From NCBI GenBank assembly GCA_044356455.1, contig JBIKWF010000059.1:1-26077 (forward strand): 26,077 bases of DNA. The letters run 5' to 3'. This stretch comes from Bdellovibrionota bacterium (GTDB lineage: Bacteria > Bdellovibrionota_C > UBA2361 > JBGSMV01). The first letter of the stretch is position 1; each line of letters opens with the position of its first letter. Both the position numbers and the translations under genes were made by a program. Positions 17,659 through 25,450 of the stretch are shown piece after piece. The notes beneath the pieces were generated by a model that saw only the letters and a list, made by a program, of their open reading frames with translations, did no database searches and had not been told where the DNA came from.

Positions 17659-18815
17659 AAATCCCCAAGGCACTCGTACTCCTCGGACTTTTATCGGTCT
17701 TTGGGCTCTTTATCTTCCTTCAGGTGCTTGCGGCTCGGCGCACAAGCGCGGCGCAAGTTTCTACTGTCGCAGCTTCTGGCACGGGGCTAAGCACGTTCCT
17801 CTCTTTTGCAAATTCTCTCTACCCCTCTCAAGTAACGCTCAAGCGCTCGGCAGTATTCTCATCCCAAGAGCTTCGCACGACGGGCGCACTGCTTATCCTT
17901 AGTCCCGAAATGGACCTCTCATCGAGAGAGAGCGCCATCCTCAAAGAATTTGTTGAGGACGGGGGGCTTCTTCTCATCTCCTTTCACCAGGAATCTTCCT
18001 GGAATGCCCTGAAGCACGCTCGCAGCGTGCTCGGAATTACTAGGGACATTGAGCCCTATGCTGAGTTTGAGAATTACAAGGTAAGCCGCGCAACCGCCCC
18101 GCAAGGCGTTCCTCTTTTTGAGGCTGGCAAAGTTTATTCCTTCTATTCTGCCTTGACCTTTGATACCAAAGACTGCCGAGGCGGAAACTTCGATTGTTTT
18201 GTGATGCACCAGCGCCTTGGTAAAGGAGACGTCCTTGTAATGAGCGGCTTACCGCTTCTTGCAAACTCTCTGCTACCCTTCGATGGCAATCAGCACTTTG
18301 CGGCGAACCTTATTCCTAGCGTTGGGTCGGTAGTTATTGATGAGTACCGACACTTTTATAGTGATAAGACGCTGGGTGACTTGCTCACGAAACCAAGCTT
18401 TATCCTCCCCATGTTGGCCCTTCTCGTGGGAGCCCTTGGCTTTTTCATTTTTGGTTATTCTGAGCCCTCTCACCTTGCCGATCGTTCCCAGGTGGAGAAG
18501 CCACGTCTCGCCTTCCATGACTTTTCTTTGGATGCGCTAAGGGGGCTATTCTCAAGAAAGGAAGACCTGCGCGAGGCAATTTCCCTGCAAGAAGACTCTC
18601 TCCTCATGCGATTTCCTCGCGCTGCCCAGCGCCTTCAGGCGCTGCATGAGCACTACGCGGCCCGCCCACCTCTTGAGTTAGCCTCTGCGCTACTCAAGGA
18701 ACACCGCTCTCTTCTTCAAGAGCGCATGGGCCTCAAGCACTCGAGCGCGGCTCACGCTAGTATTCAGAAACAGGAACCTCTCTCTCTCAAGAATCAAGAA
18801 GGAAGCACGATATGA
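17655..18815 (+). CDS. DUF4350 domain-containing membrane protein
   Basis: N-terminal TM, GTGLSTF, LKEFVEDGGLLLI, GKGDVLV, LLANSLL...GN, VVIDEYRH, second TM; ATGA overlaps on both sides. Confidence 0.75.
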   Translation: MKIPKALVLLGLLSVFGLFIFLQVLAARRTSAAQVSTVAASGTGLSTFLSFANSLYPSQVTLKRSAVFSSQELRTTGALLILSPEMDLSSRESAILKEFVEDGGLLLISFHQESSWNALKHARSVLGITRDIEPYAEFENYKVSRATAPQGVPLFEAGKVYSFYSALTFDTKDCRGGNFDCFVMHQRLGKGDVLVMSGLPLLANSLLPFDGNQHFAANLIPSVGSVVIDEYRHFYSDKTLGDLLTKPSFILPMLALLVGALGFFIFGYSEPSHLADRSQVEKPRLAFHDFSLDALRGLFSRKEDLREAISLQEDSLLMRFPRAAQRLQALHEHYAARPPLELASALLKEHRSLLQERMGLKHSSAAHASIQKQEPLSLKNQEGSTI

Positions 18816-19756
18816 ACGGAACTTGTAAGGAACTATTTAGCGCAATTTCAAATACGGTTGAGGGCCACTTGCTTTTTGGCCATGAACGCCTGATTCGATT
18901 TTTTGTCATCGCCTTCTTGGCCCGCGGACACGTCCTCGTTGAAGGCCCCCCAGGAACCGGTAAAACCCTGACCGCCAAGATCATGGCGCACCTTCTTGCA
19001 CGCTCATTTAGGCGCGTTCAATTTACAAGCGACATGCTTCCCAGCGATCTGATTGGTGCCCACCTGTACAATCCCGCCCAGCAGCGCTTTGACTTTATAC
19101 GCGGACCGCTTTTTGCAGACTTTATTATTGCAGATGAGGTCAATCGCACTCCTCCCCGAACTCAATCAGCTCTGCTTGAAGCCATGGAAGAGCGGCAAGT
19201 TACCGTAGAAGGAGAAACCCTCAAGCTTGGCGCCGATTTCTTTGTAATTGCGACCCAGAATCCGCACGATTTTGAAGGCACCTACCCTCTGCCTGAATCG
19301 CAGCTTGACCGTTTCCTCTTTAAAATGGTGCTTTCGCATGCCCCTCAAGCAGCAGAAATTGCCATTCTTCAAAATCTTCTCGCTGGTTCCCTTCCGCCAG
19401 ACCTCTCGAAGCTGCGTCCGGTTCCTTACGACCGCGTTCAGATTGAACAGGAACTCGCGAGCGTCACGATGGACCCCAGCATCGTTGCCTACATCACCTC
19501 AATCCTTGATAGAACTCGAAACCACCCGCTCCTTGAATATGGAAGTGGTATCAGAGGCGGAATTGCGCTCGCCCGTTCGGCGCGCGTGCTTGCAGCTCTC
19601 GCCGGGCGTGGCTTTGTGCTCCCTGACGACATCAAGGAACTTGCCGTCCCCACGCTGCATCATCGCATCAGGGTATCTTCCGATGCTCAGCTCTCGCAGC
19701 AAACAGAAGCAACCGTACTTCAAGAGATTGTGAGCGAGGTGCCGTTTCCCCGCTAA
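18812..19756 (+). CDS. moxR: MoxR family AAA+ ATPase
   Basis: GHVLVEGPPGTGKT, RVQFTSDMLPSD, ADEVNRTPPRTQSALLEAMEERQVT, ATQNP, GTYPLPESQLDRF. Confidence 0.96.
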   Translation: MNGTCKELFSAISNTVEGHLLFGHERLIRFFVIAFLARGHVLVEGPPGTGKTLTAKIMAHLLARSFRRVQFTSDMLPSDLIGAHLYNPAQQRFDFIRGPLFADFIIADEVNRTPPRTQSALLEAMEERQVTVEGETLKLGADFFVIATQNPHDFEGTYPLPESQLDRFLFKMVLSHAPQAAEIAILQNLLAGSLPPDLSKLRPVPYDRVQIEQELASVTMDPSIVAYITSILDRTRNHPLLEYGSGIRGGIALARSARVLAALAGRGFVLPDDIKELAVPTLHHRIRVSSDAQLSQQTEATVLQEIVSEVPFPR

Positions 19757-19758
19757 AA

Positions 19759-21144
19759 GTGACCATGGCAAAAACTCGCACTCTGTTATCACCTAAGGCC
19801 TTTATCACCTACTGCGCGTGGATGGGGGTTGGCATCGCGATGATGCTCGCGCCGTGGCTGCTGCCGCTTTGGGCGTTAGCGGGTGCTCTTGGCCTCTTGG
19901 TGATGTGGAGGGAAAGAAAAACACTGCCTGCGGCTCAAGATTTGCGCCTTGAACTGGTACTCGCCTCTGCGCCAGAACTCCACAAGCAATGTGCGCTCGT
20001 TGCCAACCTAGAGCCCACAGCCCCCCTCTCCAAAGGCCTGGCTCTGAGCGCTCAGCTCCTTTCACCAAAATCCAGGCTTCTGCGCTTTAGGATTCTGCGG
20101 GCGGACTTTCTGCCTCAAGCAACCACAAGCGGCAACTTCGCATTAGGCGCTCGCCTTGAAGCACAAGCAGAGCGACTTGGATTTGAAACAATCTCCGAAG
20201 TTACTTTGGAGCTTAGTTCCTGGGTAGGGTTTTGGAAGCGACAGATTACTCTGCCCCTCTCGCAGCCCCTCTCATTTCGCGTCTCCCCCTCCCTTCCTCC
20301 CCCTTCGCGAGAGCGCTTCAAGGCACTGATTGCGCAGCAGCGCATTCTGACCTCCGGCAACCGCCAAGCACTTCGCAGCCGCACGCGTGACCAATTTCAC
20401 TCTCTTCGCCCCTACCAGTACCCGGATCCGATAGCAGACCTCGATGCAAAGAAGACCGCCAAGTTTGGGAAACCCATGATCCGGCTCTTTGAGAGTCTGC
20501 ACCAACACCGCGTCATCATCGCGCTTGATGTAGGACGCTCAACACTCGGGACCATTGCCGGGTCTCCGATGTTTGATTTTTTTGTCTCGTCTATCTTGAG
20601 TGTTGCGAGGCATGCGATTCACCAGAAGGACGCATTAAGTTTTGTGGCGTTCTCTCAATCAGTGCACTGCAGCATCATTGGCGCAAAATCTATGCATGCG
20701 CTCGCTCCTCTTTTGCGCGGAGACGAAGCGCTTCTTCCTTGCGAGAAAGAAACTGACTACGAGGTACTGGCACGCTTTATTGCAAGACATGGAGGCGGGC
20801 GTAGCATCGTACTTTTATTTTCTGATGTATCCAGGCCCGCCACCCAAAGTGCCCTGCTCAGTGCCCTTAGGCCCCTTTGCAACAAACACCTCACCGTCGC
20901 TCTTGGCGTAAGCGATGCAAAGCGCACACTTGAGCACCGCATTCTGGACGAAGCTGAAGCAGGTCTCTTAACTCCCGAGGCTTACTGGGAGCTCTTCTAT
21001 AGCTATCATCTTGATGATTCCTTCACGCGCTTCCGCACTGCCGTTTCAGGGCTTGGCGGTGCCGCACTTCAGATTCCGCACACCTATTGGATGGGAACCA
21101 CGGATAAGGTTTACGAATTACTTCGCTCCTCAATGAGAATCTAG
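19759..21144 (+). CDS. DUF58 domain-containing (vWA-like) protein
   Basis: QFHSLRPYQYPDPIADLDAKKTAK, IIALDVGRS, ETDY, RSIVLLFSD; follows moxR. Confidence 0.85.
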   Translation: MTMAKTRTLLSPKAFITYCAWMGVGIAMMLAPWLLPLWALAGALGLLVMWRERKTLPAAQDLRLELVLASAPELHKQCALVANLEPTAPLSKGLALSAQLLSPKSRLLRFRILRADFLPQATTSGNFALGARLEAQAERLGFETISEVTLELSSWVGFWKRQITLPLSQPLSFRVSPSLPPPSRERFKALIAQQRILTSGNRQALRSRTRDQFHSLRPYQYPDPIADLDAKKTAKFGKPMIRLFESLHQHRVIIALDVGRSTLGTIAGSPMFDFFVSSILSVARHAIHQKDALSFVAFSQSVHCSIIGAKSMHALAPLLRGDEALLPCEKETDYEVLARFIARHGGGRSIVLLFSDVSRPATQSALLSALRPLCNKHLTVALGVSDAKRTLEHRILDEAEAGLLTPEAYWELFYSYHLDDSFTRFRTAVSGLGGAALQIPHTYWMGTTDKVYELLRSSMRI

Positions 21145-21319
21145 CTGGGCTGTCCCGCTGCCACCGCAACATGTAGGGCCAAGGATTCAACGGGACAGAC
21201 CCCTAGGAGTCTGTCCCGTAGGAAATTCCTACCACTACATGTTGTGGTGGCAACGGGACAGCCCACCTACGGATTGTGTCCAAAACGAAGATTTATGTTT
21301 CTACGGGACACACTCCTAG
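21141..21319. repeat. Cluster of nested inverted repeats built on TGTCCCG/CGGGACA units (REP/MITE-like)
   Basis: 35-bp arms 21142-21176 / 21235-21269 (3 mismatches), inner palindrome 21190-21219, small hairpin 21218-21232, further units to 21319; CTAG at unit boundaries. Confidence 0.85.
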
Positions 21320-21352
21320 CCGCGATTTCTTGGGGGCCTGAAGGAATCCTAG

Positions 21353-21482
21353 GGAATCTCTCAAAAAACCAACCTCTGTGTACCTCCGTGTCCTCTGTGT
21401 CCTCTGTGGTGAACTTCTTCAGGAAGATTTCACCACAGAGGTCTCAGAGGTACACAGAGGTGTATTAAGAATGGAGTTTTCC
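21353..21482. mobile_element. MITE-like element with CTAG target duplication carrying palindrome copy E
   Basis: CTAG(21349-52)-GGAATCTCTCAAAAAACC ... tattaagaatggagttttcc-CTAG(21483-86); shares palindrome and tattaagaatggag with 220-499. Confidence 0.7.
21373..21460. repeat. 9-bp-unit palindrome, copy E
   Basis: Its reverse complement matches 239-317 with 5 substitutions plus one extra 9-bp unit. Confidence 0.92.
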
Positions 21483-21487
21483 CTAGA

Positions 21488-21952
21488 CTACAGCCCCCAG
21501 ACAGCCCAGCTTTGGGGAAAATTACTACCACGCTGCTTCCGGTAGACTATCCACTGACCGTGGTGAAGCACCTCATGGTCAGCAAGATACATCACATGTT
21601 GACCTAGAGATTTCTGTTCCCCAAACCAATCAATACTAGAGTCGCCTTTGCTTGCAACACACTTCGCAAGCTTAGTGTCCAGAGTTGCCAAATAGGAGAG
21701 TAAGTTTGCCTTCGACGGCCCGCCTAAATATGAGCCCCCTTCAATGCCGAAGCGAATGGACCCGGTTTCTATGGCTGCGAGGTAGTTCTCCTGCACTCGG
21801 CCGACGTGTCGAAACTGCTTCCACCAGCTTCCTAGATGCGGATTCGGCGTTGCCATCAAGTCATCGTCAGAAAGACTCTCGAGAAGGTCTCGGGTGAGGC
21901 CACGCACGAAAGACCACTGTACTTTGAAATGCTCTAGCAAATCGTTGGTCAT
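21488..21952 (-). CDS. DinB/YfiT family protein
   Basis: RGLTRDLLESLSDDDL, QFRHVGRV, LADHEVLHHGQ metal-binding His pattern. Start estimated at ATG 21952 (ORF track 21994). Confidence 0.85.
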   Translation of the reverse strand: MTNDLLEHFKVQWSFVRGLTRDLLESLSDDDLMATPNPHLGSWWKQFRHVGRVQENYLAAIETGSIRFGIEGGSYLGGPSKANLLSYLATLDTKLAKCVASKGDSSIDWFGEQKSLGQHVMYLADHEVLHHGQWIVYRKQRGSNFPQSWAVWGL

Positions 21953-22056
21953 ATCTTTGAAGAAAAAGTAATTCGCTGCAGGCTGTCTCTTCATTCGCTC
22001 ATTTCAACACAACAATAGCGGCGCGTCTCACTCCCCTGCCACAAGGAGCGTGCCCT

Positions 22057-22626
22057 CTACCTACCAGCACCAAACTGCCGAAGCAAAGAAGCCGCAAGAG
22101 GATTTCCGTTGATCTTCTCGCTTATCTTTTCCGCCTCATAGCGCTTGCAGTCACTTCCAAGATAACGCCCCTTATTTATCAGGGTAGTTTTCACAGAACT
22201 TCCGCTCATCGGCGTAGAGGACCCACTAAGCGATTCGGTGTAGTTCTCCTCGTCAGCGAAACGGAGTTCATAGGTCGATTATTGTTTAATCGGCTTATCG
22301 CAAACCATGTTCTCCACACGCTCTGCCGCGTTCTGCTTTATCACGGTGCGAGTACAGTGAGGCAACGTCGAGAGAGACTCTCGAAGCTTGACCTCCTCCG
22401 CATCTTCGGAAACACAGAGGCGACTTGTCCGGGGTTGCCCATACTCAGGATGACCAGAATTAAACTCCTCAATAACATTTGACGGGGCACCTTCTAGGGA
22501 CACGCTGAAAGTTGAAACAACTTCCCAAGCACCAGGCTTGAATCTTGGAGTTTGAGGCGATTCTCGGCAACTAGCGAGTGGCAAGAGAGGCACAAGCAGG
22601 CATACTCTTATGAGGAGAAGGTGCAT
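22057..22626 (-). pseudogene. DUF3617-like lipoprotein interrupted by an in-frame TAA
   Basis: Lipobox LASC, KPGAWEV, LCVS; TAA at 22279-22281; the same frame continues STYELRFADEENYT...KGRYLGSDCKR...GR to TAG at 22057-22059. Confidence 0.75.
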
Positions 22627-22637
22627 ATTTTTGACTC

Positions 22638-22718
22638 CTGTAACACGCTGACTCGCGAAAAAATCCGCCAAGCAGTCTCCGCTGGCTAATATTTATCGGG
22701 ACGTTCAAACTATTCACA
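22638..22718 (-). other. Degenerate attC-like site 5
   Basis: Minus strand TGTGAAT ... long imperfect hairpin (gccagcgg-aga-ctgcttggc core) ... GTTACAG, followed by GGAG RBS and the ATG of the next gene. Confidence 0.45.
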
Positions 22719-22728
22719 CAATTTCATA

Positions 22729-23313
22729 TTAACGCTTCACCATGGTTCCTTCGAAAGTAACCCGGGGATCCTTAACGTCTACAAGCTCATTAAGCTCATA
22801 CACATTACGATAGCCATAACCGTACAAATTCACATAGGTGGGAATATTTAGAGCCATCATAAGAGGCTTTGCTTGAGCGGACATTTGCCGGCTCAATGCG
22901 CCGCCTCGCAAAGACTCCGGGGTGGCTACTTTGGAAGCAAAATCGGTCTGATTGCCCTCGAAGTTATTGTTGCAGTAGATAAGAATTTTCGTTTCGAAGG
23001 TCGGAATCACCTTTCCGAGATTCTCTTGAGTGAAGTCCGTGAAACTCAGGTGCTTCGCGCCCTTTAAGTGAATACGCTCAAAACGAAAACCGGAACGGCC
23101 ATCAAGAATTATTGTTCCCGGCTCTTTGCTCATAGCCAGAAAGGACTCGAGATTGATAAGACGCTGCGCTCGATGCGGTTCTACTTCACCCACAAGCTTT
23201 TTAAAGTCGTCGAAGCTGACCTTGGCTTTGGGATAGTTATTGTTTTCGGCCTCGGCGAAGGCGCAAAAGAGTAACAAACCAAGAACGCTAGCGAGAACGC
23301 TTTTTACCTTCAT
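22729..23313 (-). CDS. Exported rhodanese-like domain protein
   Basis: Signal peptide MKVKSVLASVLGLLLFCAFAEA, IILDGRS, HLKGAKHL, ILIYCNNN, YGYRNVYEL; GGAG RBS supports start 23313. Confidence 0.85.
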   Translation of the reverse strand: MKVKSVLASVLGLLLFCAFAEAENNNYPKAKVSFDDFKKLVGEVEPHRAQRLINLESFLAMSKEPGTIILDGRSGFRFERIHLKGAKHLSFTDFTQENLGKVIPTFETKILIYCNNNFEGNQTDFASKVATPESLRGGALSRQMSAQAKPLMMALNIPTYVNLYGYGYRNVYELNELVDVKDPRVTFEGTMVKR

Positions 23314-23342
23314 TGGTTTGACTCCAGCGAATGAGATGCTTG

Positions 23343-23398
23343 TGGAAATGGCTAGGATGTCGCGGCGCGAAGCGCTCGAGACCATCCATCTGCTCTCC
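23343..23398 (-). other. Degenerate attC-like site 4
   Basis: Minus strand GGAGAGC-agatg-GATGGTC..gcgcttcgcgc..GACATC-ctagcc-ATTTCCA; 5/6-nt spacers and two bulged bases preserved, core AAC/GTT changed to AGC/ATT. Confidence 0.55.
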
Positions 23399-23459
23399 CC
23401 TTTTATAGGAAACTTTTCGACCTTATTCACGAATATTAATGGTGGTGGAGCACCGAGAT

Positions 23460-23978
23460 ATGAGTGGATCGATAAAACCGATAGATCAAGTTCGAACCCT
23501 GATACATACCATTCGTGGTCAGAGGATTGTTCTCGACGTCGACTTGGCATCAGTTTACGGCACAACTACCAAGCGGCTAAATGAACAGGTTCGACGAAAC
23601 ATCGAGCGGTTCCCGGGCGAGTTTATGTTTCAGCTGTCAGATCAGGAAGTTACGGATTTGCGGTCGCAGATTGCGACCGCAAATTTAAGCATGCGACGGG
23701 CTAATCCGTATGCCTTCACTGAGCACGGCGCTTTAATGGCCGCCAATATCGTAAACAGTCCCTTGGCCATTCAATCCAGCATAGCGTTGGTCAAGGCGTT
23801 CATTGAGGCAAGAAGAATTCTGGGAGAATTGGCCGAACTCAAACGACGGCAATCGGACATCGAACGCCGCATGTTCAGTGGATTCACAGGACTGGAGCAA
23901 GAACTACAGGAAATACGCTTTCTAATTTCGGCCTTGCAAGAGCCTGAAGTAAAGAAAAAGGGAAAACTTGGATTTTGA
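23460..23978 (+). CDS. ORF6N domain (KilA-N-like) DNA-binding protein
   Basis: IHTIRGQRIVLDVDLASVYG, LNEQVRRNIERFPGEFMFQL, PYAFTEHGALMAA, C-terminal KLGF; GGAG RBS before ATG 23460. Confidence 0.92.
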   Translation: MSGSIKPIDQVRTLIHTIRGQRIVLDVDLASVYGTTTKRLNEQVRRNIERFPGEFMFQLSDQEVTDLRSQIATANLSMRRANPYAFTEHGALMAANIVNSPLAIQSSIALVKAFIEARRILGELAELKRRQSDIERRMFSGFTGLEQELQEIRFLISALQEPEVKKKGKLGF

Positions 23979-23981
23979 AGT

Positions 23982-24077
23982 GTAGAACGGCGAGGCTCAC
24001 TAGCGGGCTGCCCCGGCACCTCTGATTGTCCTACCATCGCATTAAGGCCGCACGTGTAACGCAGCCGTTTGTTATCC
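23982..24077 (-). other. attC-like site 3
   Basis: Minus strand GGATAAC-aaacg-GCT...GTGAGC-ctcgcc-GTTCTAC immediately after a stop codon; left L box disrupted. Confidence 0.6.
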
Positions 24078-24079
24078 CT

Positions 24080-24361
24080 CTATAACTCTTTTGATCGCTT
24101 TCTAGAGAGCAGCATTCCAACCCCACCAAGCGCCAGTAAGCCGACCCCTATCAGTTTCGCAGTGGAAGAATCAAATGTTCCGAGCGCGGCGAGAGCCAAC
24201 GAGCCGGTCGATTTTACTGATGACGTCTGCACTGCCTTCTGATCCGGGGGAAGAGTGGCAATGAATGTTTTGCTGGCCGTAACTATGTAAAGCCCCACGA
24301 TAAGAGACAATAACGACAAGCTGCGAATCCAAATGTGCGTTTTCGAGTTCAGAACAGTCAC
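24080..24361 (-). CDS. Small membrane protein (two TM segments)
   Basis: Two hydrophobic stretches and a basic C-terminus (SRKRSK); stop lies 2 bp from the attC-like site; start uncertain. Confidence 0.6.
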   Translation of the reverse strand: MTVLNSKTHIWIRSLSLLSLIVGLYIVTASKTFIATLPPDQKAVQTSSVKSTGSLALAALGTFDSSTAKLIGVGLLALGGVGMLLSRKRSKEL

Positions 24362-24394
24362 TCCTAGATTTTCGTCAGTCGCTCACTGCCAATC

Positions 24395-24451
24395 CCAGTC
24401 AAAACATTGCCAGTCAAAACATTGCCAGTCAAAACCATTGCCAGTCGAAAC
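24395..24451. repeat. 15-bp tandem repeat spanning a gene 3' end
   Basis: ccagtcaaaacattg x2, ccagtcaaaaccattg (16 bp), ccagtcgaaac. Confidence 0.9.
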
Positions 24452-24872
24452 TATTAATTGATACCTCGATGGGAATATTCTCCTTGGGCGACTTGTGATG
24501 TTTTCCATGCACCACGCCATTAGCGAATGAATCCAACTCTAGACCGAAGTATTCATCAGAACCATAGGCATGACTTTTTTCATCCATCGAAATCACAAGC
24601 AATCTCAATACCCAACGATCGTTAGTCACTAACTTACCTTTCTCGTCTCGATCAAGCTTCCATTGTGGGATAGCCAGATGTTTTGAATCTTCGGACCAAA
24701 CGGCGGAAGGATTACAACATTGAAAAACGCGACCGTCTGATAACTGCAAAGTACCTTGGGTTGGAAGCGGACGCGACGATACGTCGAAGGTCTCCGCTGT
24801 TTTTATTTCGGCCGTATGCAAACCGCTGGGGCTCCGAAGAAATAGCCTACTACTCCACATACTAATCGTCAT
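24429..24872 (-). CDS. Hypothetical protein (147 aa, beta-rich)
   Basis: GGAG RBS before ATG 24872, right after the attC-like GTT; globular-looking sequence (CNPSAVWSEDSKHLAIPQW). Confidence 0.7.
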   Translation of the reverse strand: MTISMWSSRLFLRSPSGLHTAEIKTAETFDVSSRPLPTQGTLQLSDGRVFQCCNPSAVWSEDSKHLAIPQWKLDRDEKGKLVTNDRWVLRLLVISMDEKSHAYGSDEYFGLELDSFANGVVHGKHHKSPKENIPIEVSINSFDWQWF

Positions 24873-24885
24873 ATTAACTCCAAAG

Positions 24886-24943
24886 GGAGAACGGTTAGTC
24901 TGAACAGTCCGCGATAGCGAATCTGTTGAGGCGTTTGTTATCC
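24886..24943 (-). other. attC-like site 2
   Basis: Minus strand GGATAAC-aaacg-CCTCAACAg-a-ttcgc..gcgga-cTGTTCAG-actaacc-GTTCTCC; fills almost the whole gap between stop and RBS. Confidence 0.7.
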
Positions 24944-24945
24944 AG

Positions 24946-25368
24946 CTACGACCGGCTACCGTTAAACAACGCACTCCATTGATCGGGTGTGTACTGAAGT
25001 TTGAGTCGTTCGAATTCTTCCCTAAATTTCGAATTGGCCTCGTCGCACCTTTTAATAACTGCATGAATATCCTCGTCGCTGGGCTGTGTAATATTAATTC
25101 CTTCCGCCCTCGCTTTGGCGATAATTTCCGGTCTGAGCCGCGCCGCGAATTTCTGATCTGAAAATGTGAAGTTGAGATCCACGGAAGCATCAAGGGCTTT
25201 GGTAGCCGATCCAAGAGCTGCGACTACACGTTGCTCACGCTCCGAGATTGGCGCAAAGCGATCGGTGGTGGGTGCGGTGAGCGCGTCAAATGCACGGGTT
25301 CCACCAACGCCGGAAGCGATACCAATGCCGGCTACAAGAGCAGTTATTTTGCCGTTAATCTGAACCAT
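24946..25368 (-). CDS. Hypothetical exported helical protein (140 aa)
   Basis: AGGGAG RBS, hydrophobic Gly/Ala N-terminus; bounded by attC-like sites. Confidence 0.7.
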   Translation of the reverse strand: MVQINGKITALVAGIGIASGVGGTRAFDALTAPTTDRFAPISEREQRVVAALGSATKALDASVDLNFTFSDQKFAARLRPEIIAKARAEGINITQPSDEDIHAVIKRCDEANSKFREEFERLKLQYTPDQWSALFNGSRS

Positions 25369-25450
25369 ACACTCCCTACTAATTCACATTTACCATAGGT
25401 ATTCCGGTTATGGGCGAAATAGGTCGGCCGGTATCCTCCCGCCCTGTTCT

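Noticed and set aside
843..20942. Numerous antisense or alternate-frame ORFs in the track (e.g. 10076..10657, 11619..12023, 19248..19733, 3172..3555)
   Set aside because: They are shadows of well-supported genes with no recognisable motifs.
21244..21468. 74-aa ORF with SVSSVSSVV (also 2728..3006, 2849..3067, 15194..15400, 25344..25547, 25462..25779)
   Set aside because: These are translations of repeat or attC DNA; 9-bp periodic units produce stop-free tripeptide repeats.
21995..22056. Sixth attC between the DUF3617 pseudogene and dinB
   Set aside because: A weak hairpin and GTT triplets exist, but there is no AAC and the spacing is wrong, so it is too decayed to call; dinB membership in the array is uncertain.
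22279..22281. Programmed Sec/Pyl read-through or alternative genetic code
   Set aside because: The codon is TAA, and TAA, TAG and TGA all terminate conserved genes in this window.
23314..23565. N-terminal extension of the rhodanese ORF (278 aa in the track)
   Set aside because: It overlaps the ORF6N gene and an attC-like site; the signal peptide and RBS point to start 23313.
24873..25214. N-terminal extension of ORF 24429..25214
   Set aside because: It overlaps gene 24946-25368 in another frame and crosses attC site 2; the RBS supports start 24872.
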